A stretch of 64,000 bases of DNA from contig CDLV01000015.1 of the NCBI GenBank assembly GCA_001244265.2, positions 496,001-560,000 on the forward strand, in the 5' to 3' direction. Below, piece by piece: positions 36,565 through 49,005 of the stretch. The DNA is from Microbotryum violaceum. Lineage: Eukaryota. Position 1 is the first letter of the stretch; each line of letters starts with the position of its first letter. A model generated the notes under the pieces. That model had not been told where the DNA came from and made no database searches. It worked only from the letters and a program-made list of their open reading frames with translations. A program made the position numbers and the translations under genes.

Positions 36565-39335
36565 TCATTGGTTTTCGGCCAGAGTCAAGCCGTTCATGGC
36601 GCCGATCTCCCCAAAGACGCCGCCGACGAGTAGATCGTGCGCGACGTCGTTCTCGTCCATACCCAACGCTCCATCGCCAACTCGCATGCCCATTCCGGCG
36701 ACGTTGACTTCGAAACCACCGATCGCGCCATCACCACCGGTCCGAAGACCCGCAGGTGGCGTCGTCGCGCCGCTGCCGGTGCCGGGCGATTGACGAAGTC
36801 CGCGCGGAGTGATGCCACGATTGCGATTAAACAATGCCCTCGCACCGAGGCCTGCACCAATTGCGTGAGCAGCGGCAGCGGCGGCGAGGTCGAGACCACC
36901 CAGAGCCCGTCCGGCAAGAGCGTTCACGTCCTCGTCGTAATCGTTATCATCGTCATCGTCATCGCGCCGAGATCTTCGCTCGTGACGACGCGTCAACGCC
37001 TCACGTTCGGCGGGCCCCGAGGTTTCTGCACCGCCGGCATGAGCGTGGTGGCCGTGCTGGCCATGCTGATGGTGGTGGTGGTGAAAATGCTGGCCATGAC
37101 CCTGAGCTTGACCCTGGCTGGGGACGCCGTGGTGATGATGCTGGTGATGACTCGCTGCAGAAGATGGAGCGCTCTCATCGTGGGTCGACGAGTTGCCCTC
37201 TTTCGGTGCAGCCTTGGCGCACCAGTACCGATGACCAAACTGCCACGCCTTACTTTGACATGTTTTGCTGCAGTACTTGGCTTTGCGGCATCGACGGCAC
37301 TTGGCGAACTCTCGGACGTACTTTTCCCATACTCCGCACTGCATGTTCGCGCACTGTCGGATCCCACCGCGAGATTCGTCCTTGCGGCAAGCGTTGCGCA
37401 TGATGACGCCGGCCCAGTATTGCACCTCGTTTGAATGACGCGGCGTGTATGGGTCATTCGACGCGGGGCGATGCGTGAAAGCTTCCACGAGCGAAAACAC
37501 GTTCGAGGAGAGGGTCGGCAACGATGTGCTTGTCGGTGTGCTCGCTTTCGAGTCGTAGTGGTCGTGGTGCGGTGCGTGCAGGTAGTCGTGCTCGTTTTCG
37601 TTATCCATTTCGGGGTGGACCGCGTCGTGGGGGGAGTGGAAAACGGAGCGAACGTGGGGATATTTGCTGAGGTAGGCGAGGAGCTGCAGCGACAGCAAGA
37701 CGTCCTCGTCACGGTAGTGGAGCCCACTGCTCCTCGACTGATTGGGACGAGACGGACCTTCCTGCCGTGAGGTCGCCGTGTGGCGCGGGGTCGACGCCGT
37801 GGCAGCATCTTCGTGCATGTCCGAGCCTCCCATGACGACGTCACCATCATCTTCGTCATGATCTTGTCGCCGGGACGGCGCAGACGATGACGCAATAATC
37901 GCCTTTCCAAGTCGGCTGTTGGAGGAAGAGGTCGAAGCCTGCGACCGTGGCTCGTCTTCCGTCATGACCTCGTCCCCCTCCTGCCCCGACGACGAACCGT
38001 TGTCGTCGGCGATTGAGCCTTCATCAGTGCTGATGACGGTGTCCGGTGTCGCGACGCGAGCGGGTGGGGCAAGACGGTATTGCGGTGGCGCTCGGTTATT
38101 AAGGCGGGCGAGTTGGGGTTGGGTCAACGGCGCCAGGACGATATCGGCGACGACGGGGGGGCCCAACGCGACCGGTACGGCGACAGGCGTTGCGGCTGCG
38201 GCTGCTTCTTCCTCTGCAGCAAGTTCGGCTTGCTGCTTGCGCCGGGCGATGTCATCGAGATATCGCTGCAGGACGTTGACGACGACATCGAGCGCGCCGG
38301 CTTCGACGACCCGCGTTCGAATCGTTTCAGAACCGCGGACGCCGATGTTGACGACGCATTGGAAAGCGAGGGTATAGGTGTAAAGGAGGTGTCGATCCCG
38401 GCTCGAGGAGTTGGTTGTCATGGTGGCTGACGATAATGAAGATGAAAGCTCGACATCAAGCTCCCAAGGCAGCGGGCCCGGCAGCGGGGCCTCGCCGACT
38501 GTGCGGGAGAGGGAGGTGTAGCCGGCCCGATCCTGCGTCCACTCGTCATCGATGACCGGCGAGTACTCGTCGAAACTCTTGAAGGGGCTTCGTCGTGGAC
38601 CCTTCTTGGGTCCCCGAGTGGTCTTGTGTCGGATGTCGGCCAGACTCTCCTCGATTACGGGAGGGCCTCCCGCCGCGCATCCTTTCAATATCCGCACCAG
38701 CCGTTCCAGGCCGCCATCGAGAGATAGAATTTCTCGAATTCGGGGCGAGGTTGCAGTGAGATAGGAGAGGTGGGTGAGCGAGTTCACGAGAGGGAGAGAG
38801 GGGGAGGGCGCGTCAATCGCTGTGTGAGATCGCAAGGCAAACGACAACGGTGGCAAAGTTCCAAGAATGTTGTCAGCATCGACCGTCGCAATACTATGTA
38901 CTGTTCTGAATGAAGAGTCGCACTCGAGCCCCTTGCTCGTGAAGCATCGGCGCCACGAGAGGCTTGCGAAGCCTTTGTTCGGGAGCGCCAAGGCTCCGGC
39001 TTCGGTTGGCTGATTGAACGCGGTCCGTTTGCCACCGTAAAGTTTAGGCGCCAGATGGCGCTGGTATCAAAAGGCGACGACTGGTAGGGTGTCCACCGTC
39101 TGACCCCATCACGGAAATTGACGCGAGACGGATGTGTTGCGTTCACACCACACGCGGCTACGCTGACTTGGACCAGGGGTTCGGAGCTCGGATGACCGAG
39201 CAAGGCCAAACGAGAGAGTAGCGCACCGCAAGCCAGAGGGGGAATAAGGTACTGACCTCGTCGATCATACAGAGCAGAGGAAATACACACGCAAGCCCGG
39301 TTGTGAGCTGGTGAGCTAAAGTTGGATTCTCGCAT
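36565..39335 (-). CDS. MUB1: MYND-type zinc finger protein Mub1/SamB; intron 38820-39256
   Basis: MRESNF..VCISSALYDRR|AID..LPLVNSLTHLSYLTATSPRIREIL, AFQCVVNIGVRG, QYWAGVIMRNACRKD, MYND CANMQC..CRRC..YCSKTCQ..H..C. Confidence 0.92.
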
Positions 39336-39422
39336 CGCGGTGTCGGGTGAACGTAAATGGAGGGATGAGTCAGATCAGAGACAGAGCGGCGCGGGAGGCG
39401 GCGGTCCCAGCGGGTCGGCGTC

Positions 39423-39445
39423 GGGTTCGGGTTCGGGTTCGGGGG
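39423..39445 (+). repeat. (GGGTTC)n microsatellite matching the G-quadruplex consensus
   Basis: gggttcgggttcgggttcggggg about 90 nt upstream of the MUB1 start. Confidence 0.7.
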
Positions 39446-41031
39446 TTCGAGGCGGGACAACAAAGGATGCGAATGAACGCAACTTTTGTGATGACGGGTG
39501 TAAGGCTGGTGAGGTGGAGCCTTTTAGTAAAGGGCGAAGGCGAAGGCCATGATGGTGATGGTGGCTTCGGGTTGCTGAGTGTAAAAGGGTGTCGTCGAGA
39601 CGGGGCTGCTAACGCGCGAAGTGTGATTGAGTCGACACGCGGGTCGAGGGCGAGCGTGCGCAAGCGAGCGACACAAGTCAGACCATGCGGGGGCGACCAG
39701 CGAGAGTCGGGACGCAAGCCAGCAGGGTCGGGGCCAAAAGCCGACGGTCGAGTCGCCGTTGCCACACACGAGTCGAGCCGAGCCAAGCAGAACGAGTCGT
39801 GACACAAGACGTCGTCGTAGCACGTGTTACAGGGATGCAATGATGTAATAGAAGAAGAGGATGAACCGCATGGTCAGCATGGCCAGCAACGAACCCGCAT
39901 TCGACGGTGCGCCGCGACCGAGGCTGGCTAGGCTGGCCTGGTCGTACTTACGAGCGGGCGGCGGGCGGTCGTGAGGGTAGAGACCAGGGGAACAGGCGAG
40001 GCAGTCGAGAAGGCAGTAGGTACAATCACACACACAAATCACAGCACTGTCGGAGTGCGAGCAGAGTCCGTTGGCGCAGATGGGCGTCAAGGTAGGTGAA
40101 CGGCGTTATGCAGGGTCGAGGGTGGTGGACTCGTGCGGCACAAAGGCGCGCGACCCGTGGTAGCCCGTGGCTGGGCCTGGCCTGGACTGGCCTCGCGCAG
40201 TACTCGCGCTTGGCCCAGGGCGGCTGTCGAGTCATTGAGGATGGCGCAGAGCGGGCGGGCCAGCGCGTCTTGGCGGCCCCGAATTTACCGGAACCGCAGC
40301 TTGTTTTGAGCCTTCGGTCCGCCGCCACGGCGGCACGGACTAGTGACGATCAACCTCAGCTTCTGCCTACGTTCGGTGTATTTAAGCTTTGACAAGCGTT
40401 GTTGCTATTGTGTAATGTTTCATTTGTTTTGCCACGCCGTTGTCGGTAGCTTGTTACCCAAATTCTACCAGCAGTTTTGCCAGGGTTGTGCAGTGGAACT
40501 GACTCAGAAAATCCGTGCGAGCTACTAATAAAGGAGTGCCACGACCCTATCCGAGTCCAGGCTAGGCGGAGTTTCTCCCGATGTTATCTGAGGAAGGTCG
40601 ATCCATATGCACCAGGCTTGTTCTCTACAAAAAATCGGCGGAGCAGGGGTTCACCTTCGACCTGACGATGACGATACCGGTACTATTGCTGGTCAGAGAT
40701 CAATCGCTCAGCTGACTCGTGGCACTGCAGTGAGGCCAACACTTATCTCACCCCTCGCCTTGAGCGTGATACCGGACGAATATCTTGTGGGTTATTTTTG
40801 TTGCTCTTGGTCTAAATGACACAGTCGGACAGCTGACACGTTCATGGCAGACAAATGCCCGAGACCAGAAAATGTGTGACTGCGGTATTCGGAGCTCCGA
40901 CTCGCTGAACTTCTTTCCGGCCGTCCCACCCAATTCTTCTCCCCGGCGCCGACCCTCACCACACCCCCGAGCCCTTTCTGCCACACCGATTGTCTCGGCT
41001 CGCACGACACGTTGCATACTGAGCCGCTCAC

Positions 41032-41073
41032 ATGACTTCGGTACAACCCAAAGCATCGACGAGCAGTCATGTC

Positions 41074-41104
<31 letters not shown>

Positions 41105-42859
41105 CGATCGCGCTCACTCCGGACGTCATGGTGAGCGAAACGGAAGCTGAGGCGACCGACATGTCCATCCAGCCAGTCGCTGGCATCCACTGACAGTCAG
41201 TCTCCTCTCACTCGACATGCCATCAATAGGTCTCACTGAAACCGTCCAAAGTGTTTCGCAAGCACATCGAGGTCGACAAGCAGTATACGAGCCTGTCGTT
41301 CGACGACAAGGGCGAGTTTCTCGTGACCGCCGCGGAGGACGAGACGATGCAGATATTCAACGTCAGAACGGGAAAGTGAGTGCGATCATCCTCAACCGGT
41401 CACAATATTCTGCACGAGGCAGCCACCAGTGCGACTGCAAGTGCTGATCAATTCGAATTGTCCTCGTCTGGCTCTCCGGTCCTTCGTCAACCATCTCGCA
41501 GGCACAAGAACCAGCACTATTCGAAGAAATACGGAGTACATCTCGCCCGATTTACTCACAAAAATACCAACGTCATTCATGCCAGTACCAAAGGCAGCGG
41601 TCGGTCCCCTCGCTCGTCCGGACTCGATTCGGCCTAATCCGAGCTATGCGCTGATCTCGTCGGGGCTATGTGCTGCAGATGACATCCGTTACCTTAGCTT
41701 GCACGACAACAACTACATTCGTTACTTCAAAGGTCACACCAAAAAGTACGCAAGCTAGAGACATCTTCACACCCCCTGTACAGCCTCTGATCCGTTCGGT
41801 TCTTTCTCCACTCGTCTCGCTGCAGAGTCGTATCGCTCGAAATGTCCCCAGTCGAGGATCATTTCATCTCGGGTGCCACCGATGATACGGTTCAACTATG
41901 GGATCTCAGAGCTCAAAAAGCGCAGGTGAGAAGTGGCCGACATTTTCCAGCTTGTTAGCTCTTTATCGGGCTTCCGAGCTGAACTGCAAAGTTTCTGGTG
42001 CTGCTCGCAGGGGAAACTGCACATCGCCGGGCATCCCTGCGTTGCCTTTGATCCGACAGGCGTCATTTTTGTTGTCGCCCTCAACCTCCGATCAACCTTG
42101 CTCTTCTTTGACAAGCGGGATTACGACAAGCAACCGTTCCTGCACGTCAACCTCGACGATCAAGAATTGAGCAAGATCTCGTTCCCCCCTCGTGTGCCCA
42201 TTTACACCTCGATCAAGTTCTCCAACGATGGGAACAAGCTGCTTGTAGGGACTTCGGGAGACGTACATTACGTGTTGGATGCTTTCACAGGATCCACATT
42301 AGCCCGATTAGAAAGTCAGTACCCTGCAAGCGCGAGCCGCTCCCTCTGCGAGAACGTTTCAAGCTAAACTCCGCGCTGTTCCATCGCTCTGAAGCGGGAG
42401 ACAAATCAGGACTCGAACGAGCGTCAGTGGCGCCTTTCGAGCGACCACTAGGTGATCCCGTTGCAGGTCTCTCCTCCGAAGAGGTATCTTGGACACCGGA
42501 CGGTCGGTTCGTTCTCGCCGGTTCAATCGACGGCAAGATCTACATCTGGGACGCGTCTCACATCAAACCCTCTTCAAGCGACGTTGAAGATGCGGATCAA
42601 GAGACGGTGACGTTGCAGCCTTTGCACGCCGATGAAGGGCATCTGGACGGGCCGAGTCGGTGCTTGCTGTGGAATAATCGGGCGGCGATGTTTGCGAGTG
42701 CAGGCGACGATTTGGTCAGTTGAAGGATGGGCTCCTCGCAGTCTAGGACTGGTGCGGTGACTCATTGACCACTCGATCGACCTGCAGGCGTTTTGGTTAC
42801 CGGACTTGGAAGGGAGAAAAGCCGGTGCCAAGGGTACAGAGGACGTAGAGATGAAGTGA
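41032..42859 (+). CDS. SWD2: WD40 COMPASS/CPF subunit Swd2 (WDR82); multi-exon
   Basis: IALTPDVM|VSLKPSKVFR, YSKKYGVHLARFTH, IRYLSLHDNNYIRYFKGH, LWDLR, IKFSNDG, WTPDGRFVLAGS, AFWLPD. Confidence 0.92.
41079..41103 (+). repeat. (CAG)8 trinucleotide repeat encoding poly-Ser in the SWD2 N-terminus
   Basis: Eight CAG units, read as AGC codons in the frame starting at ATG 41032. Confidence 0.8.
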
Positions 42860-43021
42860 ACCGGCCGAATTGCCGGCTTTTCCTCAAACCTGCCAGCCGT
42901 TGGCGAGCCAGGCGTAAAGATGATGTCACGCTTCAGCAATGCGTCGCATTGCACCAGAAATCGAACTCCGCTCACTCCAAGCACAGATGACGACACTGTT
43001 GATATTTGTGGTAGGTTGCAC

Positions 43022-44378
43022 TCAAAGTTTCGCGGCCTGCGTCGCTGCTGCGGTGAGGGATTTGAACCTATCCTCGAGATGATCCCAAACATCCGGAGTA
43101 CCCTCGTCCGACTTGAGAGCCACAACTACTTCGGCATACAAGCGTTCCTTAAGCAAGCCGCAAACCCCACTTTCGGAATGTTTGAGGTTCATCTCGGCGA
43201 TCTGGAGTGCTCGAGCGATCACGGCTTCACCATCCCCTTGAACGATTTCATCAACCAGACCAGCGGCGAGCGCTTCGGAAGCGACGTAACGGTGGGCTGT
43301 GAGCATGACATTGCGCAAGACTTCGGGGCGGAGACGTTGCTTGAGTACACCCGTCATGCCGACGGGGAGAGGTGCGCCAAAGTCAATCTCGTTCATGCAC
43401 ATCCACGCGCGCTCGGCCTGTGAAAATCCAAAATTGCGCCGAAATTAGTTTTCTGAATAAAGGTCCTCGGTACTGATTGATAAACCCACTCGGATGACGC
43501 GCCAATCCGTGCACATGGACAAGCAGAAGCCGCCGGCCTGCAGTTAAAGCTCAACAGATTAGCAACAAACTGCGAGACGAGGCGGTGGCCTCAGGCCTTC
43601 AACAAAACCTACGAAGCAGTGGCCGTTGATAGCTGAAACGGTATGCATCGGGAACGTCAAAAGCCTGTGCATCAGGTGCGAGTAGAGTTCCTGTTGATCG
43701 GGCGAGAAATGTCAGATGGCCTCGTCACCTACTGGGAACACCGGCGACTTCGGCTAGTATTCTTGACGAACCTTGAAAAAGTTGCCCTGGTATTCGCCGA
43801 CGAGGTTGAGATCGAGTCCGTTGCTAAGACCGCCGGAATCTCAGATGTCAGCACTTTGTACTGCAGTCCAAAGAGAGTCATCGAGGCATGCTAAGCGCCT
43901 CACGAGAAGAATTTGTTCTTAACGCGTTCTCCGGTTAGGACGAGCGCGGCGCTTTTGTCGCCCTTCTTGAAGTTGGCTCGGAACTCCAGTTCAATGTCGT
44001 CCAACGCCGGGAGAAGCTGTTAGAATCCACATACAGAATCGCTTATATCAGTGATGTATTCAAGCCGTGCTGGTCCTAGGACCGTTGGGCCTTCGGCTTT
44101 GGCCTCGACGACGTCGTTTGAAGGCGTCGGCCATCTAGCTCGAGTCAAAACGCACCGAGTGTTTAATAAAGCTCTGGATCGGCAGAATCGGCCACGAGGG
44201 TCAGAGGGATCATTGTCATCATTCAGATACAGATCTTCGATGGGACCCTCACGGGTGTTAGACGGTTGTCGGGCAAGTTGTGCATTGAGAGCAAGTAGAC
44301 GCCGTTCGTCTGGCGCGAGACGGTCGCGAGCGCATCCTTGGCTCCACGAGGGAAAGTGCGAGTAAGTACAGCAGCCAT
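43022..44378 (-). CDS. Crotonase-fold enoyl-CoA isomerase/hydratase, peroxisomal (PTS1); multi-exon
   Basis: HNLPDNRLTP, KFFS|NGLDL, SAINGHCF|AGGF, CMNEIDFGAPLP, EALAAGLVD; C-terminal AKL*. Confidence 0.9.
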
Positions 44379-44708
44379 GTTGTATCGAGGACCAGCGAGG
44401 CTGTACAGGTGAACACTGAGGTACGAGGTGTGCCAATTCAGAGTCCGAGTGAACAGGGGAAAGGCAAGGGTTGGCTGCGCTCTGCTGGCGGTGTGGGGCG
44501 CAAGCCAAGCAAGACCAGAACGTCGACCTTTGGCCGGCGGGCCTCGCGGAGCCAGAGTAGCATAGTGTACAGCCCCAGGGCCCAGCTGGCTCGCCTTCTT
44601 CGGCGCGTCTTGCTCTCCTTTTCCCCCGCTCATTTCCGCGACGAAGGGCACCAACCCTTGGGTGTAGACGATACGCCTCTCCTCATCGCTGCCCGAGTTC
44701 AGCTCTAG

Positions 44709-47700
44709 ATGGCCATGCCTTCGTCCGGGCCGCCCATGCTGGCCCGACTCACGACTGAGCAGCATGCCTCGCACGACGGCCGCGAGCGCGATTTTGACCG
44801 CGACCACGGGCTTCCGGTGCCCAGCATCACCGTCTCACCTTCGAGCCCTGATCAGCGTGGACCGGCGACAGAGAACGGAGCTTTTCGATTTGCTCAAGAC
44901 CCGGACACCAACGATAGGGGTATGGGCGGGGACTCAAATGGGAGTCAAGGGCTCCAACACGAGCACGAACGACGGCAGCATCAGTCGGGACAGGCGACGA
45001 CTTCGACGATGAGGGGGGCGAGCCCGAGCTCGGCCTCGGCCTCTCCTCGCCTTCAGCAGCAGATGGGAGCAGCTGCACCGACAGCCCCGCCTTCTTCCTC
45101 GTCGTGTCCTACGAATGTTGCATACGATGAATCTACATATCGATCCCTACCTTCCTTGAATACCCGAGTAACCGGTGGATCGGGTCCCGAACTGGGCGAG
45201 ACCACCGTCGGGGCATCATCGTCGACGTCAGCCGCACCGGCATGCGGGAGCTTGAATCGGACTGCGAGACCCGCGTCGGCTGCGGCTGCGGCTGCGGCTG
45301 CTACGGCTACCTCTGCTTCGGCTACAGCGACCACATCACGGGGAAACCAACTCAATGCAGGCGAAGCTACGGGTCCATCATCCGGCTTTAGCTTCTCTTC
45401 GTTTCTTCCTTCGTTGTCCAACATGTTGCCCCGATTGACGAGCACGCCAACGCTTCATCTCGTCACTTCGGCAACTGACGAAGTAGCCGGCGCCAGGCCC
45501 GATGCCGAGCGATCACCACCACTCTCCCCCGACGAGAACTCGCCGACGTACATGGCCTTTAATCCGAACGTGACGAGGGACAACTCTATCAAACGCGGTC
45601 GCAACGATTCGACCGCCTTTTTGCGCAACCTACCCGGCCACCTTCCGATGCACCGGCCACAGCCAGCCGTCGTCGAGGAAGACGATGAAGAGGGCGCATC
45701 CTCCCCAGGAGGGGTCGACCGACGGCACAGCGTCGATCTGGATATTAACGAAGGTGAGCGTCGTATGAGTCGAACCCCGTGCGCTGGCATTCAGGCGAGC
45801 TGACACTTGCTATCGATGTGGGCCCATTTGTAGCCACGGCGAACGGCGAAACTCGAGCGCTAGACCGCTCGTCATCAACAAAGGAACACCCGGGTCGAGG
45901 ACTCAGTCGTCGTCCATCAGCAGCATTCATGGCAGCATCTCGAGGAGGCCAGGTCAATCCGCTCACGCTGCAAGCCGTTGCACGGCAGGCGAACGAAGAC
46001 GAAGCCCTCAAGCTCGTGCGAGAGCGCGAGGACCGCGAACGGCAATTCGAGAACGAGTCGGTCGACGGTGTCCCGCCCAAGCCTCACACGCTCGTACGAA
46101 AATCGAGCTGGACGGCGGCCTTGGCCACGAGCTCGTACGTCGGTGGGGCCCCAGCTGGTCACTCGCGGTCGCTTTCTCAAGACCATAATTCGAAAGCGTC
46201 GAGATCTCGACATTCGTCCAACAACTTGGAGTCCGTGCACGAAAACGGTTCTGCGGGCGAATCGACCGTTTCCGGGTCCGGCGATGCGACCCTGAGGAGC
46301 ACGGGCAACCAAGACTCGACCTCGACGGGCGAGTTTGGGCAGGCGTCGGGTGCCGTAGCCGGTTTGGACCAGACGGTGCAGAGCAACAGCCCAAAGAAGA
46401 GGGGTTTCTTTTCGCGGCTAGGTGGAGAGAGTCGGAATCGGGCTATATCGACGCTCTCAATCCAGTCGAACGATTCCGCTCTGAGCCATTCTTCGCTTGA
46501 CTCGCCATCGCCGCGCAGCCCCGCCATCCTGGAAGTCCACGCCTCGATCGACGCCGCGAGCGGAACGGCCGGCAAAAAAGACTTTGGCGCGGAGAAGGTG
46601 CGCCCCGCGAAGGTCAAGACCAAAGGAAAGACGAGCAAGGATTTCGGCAAGCTTTTTCTCGCGCAAGAGCTCCACATCCCTTCGCCTTCGAATGTGCCTT
46701 TCTCGTCGACCGGCAAATTCGGCCGAGGCCGATCCGACACTTTGGACAGTACGTCGACGCATTCGCACGACGACAACGAGGCGCAAACGTGGCCCGACGA
46801 GCCCTCGTCGGGCCCTGAAAAGTCGAAGAAGAAGATGAATGCCGTGTGGTGCATCGAGTGGTCTGGTGACGGTCGCTACCTGGCCACAGGGGGCAAAGAC
46901 GGAGTAGTCCGAGGTAAGCATAGACCGTCTACCTAACCCTGGAGCCTACTACCGAGTCGTTCGTTGCTCATCATTTGATTTCGTGACGTTCACAGTCTGG
47001 GAAGTACTCAAGACCCCCGAGGAACGGTTTATCGCGGCCACATCAGATGGCTACGGCGGTGAAACAAGTCAACAGCTCAAGTCAGATCAGCCCTCGCCAG
47101 CCAAAGTCCGGCCTTGCCATCTTACATCGACCGCGTCTTCGCAATCGACCTCGGCCAGGAAGAAGGCGTCTTTGCCTCCGAAGCCTGCGAATGTGATGCC
47201 AGTATTCAACCCGGTACCGATCAGGGAGTACGCGGGACACGAAGCGGACGTCCTGGATCTCAGTTGGAGCAAAGTGAGTTGTGGCCTAAAGTTTTGATTT
47301 TTCCTCAATCACGGCGTGGCTCACGCAGGTGAGACGTTCCTTGCGCGCGCAGAACAACTTTTTGCTTTCGTCCTCGATGGACAAAACGGTCCGACTGTGG
47401 CACATTAGTCGCAACGAGTGCCTCTGTGCGTTCCAGCACCTCGATTTCGTCACTTCGATCGCCTTTCATCCGAAGGACGATCGCTACTTTCTCTCTGGAT
47501 CCCTTGATTGCAAGCTTCGGTTGTGGGATGTAAGAGCATCTCCACGTGCGCCTACTCTGACGCCTCTGGCTGACCTAGCATTCTCCGGTCCGTGTACCCA
47601 GATCCCGAATCGACGCGTCCAGATCTGGACGGAGCTCCCCGAACTCATCACCTCGGTCGCCTTCAGTCGAGACGGCAAACTCTCGATCGCCGGCAGTTTC

Positions 47701-48661
47701 AACGGCCAGTGCATGTTCTTTGAGACCGAGTCGTTCCAGTACCACTCGCAGTTCGCAGCCAAGTCATCGCGAGGCAAAAACTCGAAAGGGCGCAAAGTCA
47801 CGAGTATGTTCCCGTACCCTCTGCCGTCATCCTCGGGCGAGCGTTTGCTGGTCACCTCAAACGACTCTCGGATACGACTGTACCATACCAACGACAAGGC
47901 CGTCGAAGCCAAGTACGCCGGCCACGAGAACACATCGTCGCAGATCCGTGCGAGCTTTTCCGACGATGGCAAGTACGTCATCTCGGGTAGTGAGGATCGC
48001 TGCGTATACAGTGAGTCGCTCTGTCTCCAAAGACGGCAGCAAAAACCCTGGTTCTGACCAAACTGCCCTGTCGCGACACAGTTTGGGATTCGGGCGTCAC
48101 GGCCGAGCGGGACGAGGCAACGGGATGGAATCCGCTCAAAAAGGCCAAAGAGGGTGCGGGGTACGAGTGGTTTACGAGTAAGTGCAGTTATGCGGTGGCC
48201 TTTGCTCTTCTTCTATCGCATGGGACTGACCTTGATCCTGCTCTCGTCCAGTGCCAGCCCACATCGTCACCTGCGCTTCGTTCGCGCCGATTCTGACGCG
48301 CGAAGTTCTCTCTGATTCCGGCGACCCCATCTTTGGTGACGGTCATACCCATCTCATTCCGCTGGAACAAACCGTATCAGGCACGAGTCTAGGCGGCGAA
48401 TCGGTGGCCCACCTGCGGTTCGTCAATACACGCGCTTCGGCCGCATCCGTGGTCAATGCCGCCGACGATGCTATAATCGTCGTCGCTGATGGTCAGTCCC
48501 TCCAGAATGATCTCGGCACATCTGCCTGGACCTCCGCTCACATCCTTTATATACCCTTCTACCTTCTTGCAGATGCGACTGGCTTGATCTCGGTATTCCG
48601 CAACTCCAAAACCTCTATCGAGGGGAGCAACCAACGCATGAGCTGCAGCAGTGCTCACTAG
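44709..48661 (+). CDS. WD40 repeat protein, WDR44/Laf1/Dgr2-like, with long disordered N-terminus; multi-exon
   Basis: KDFGKLFLAQEL, AVWCIEWSGDGRYLATGGKDG, EYAGHEADVLDLSWSK|NNFLLSSSMDKTVRLWH, FHPKDDRYFLSGSLD, LVTSNDSRIRLY, SQIRASFS. Start is approximate. Confidence 0.87.
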
Positions 48662-49005
48662 GCAGCTTCTATACTTACAAGACTGGGCGTTCTTTGTTAT
48701 GTCCACGTGTGCAAGTGCCTACCAGAGCGCTCTTTTGTATACCCCGTCAACCTCGTACTTTTACTATTGTGTTCGCAATTTTGTTCTATATTTCACCTGC
48801 GCTGGCGTATTGCATCGCCTGACGAGCAAGGGCCTGAAAGGGAACAAACCGAGCGATGAGGGGAGAGATGACAGAGGAAACTGTGAGTTCGCACAAACTT
48901 GCAGGACTGAGATATGAGATATAGTACCGAAAAGAGGAACGGGTGGAACAGCGCACAACACGAAGAACTATCAATCTTGTCGTTCCAGACCCTATTGCTG
49001 GAGAC

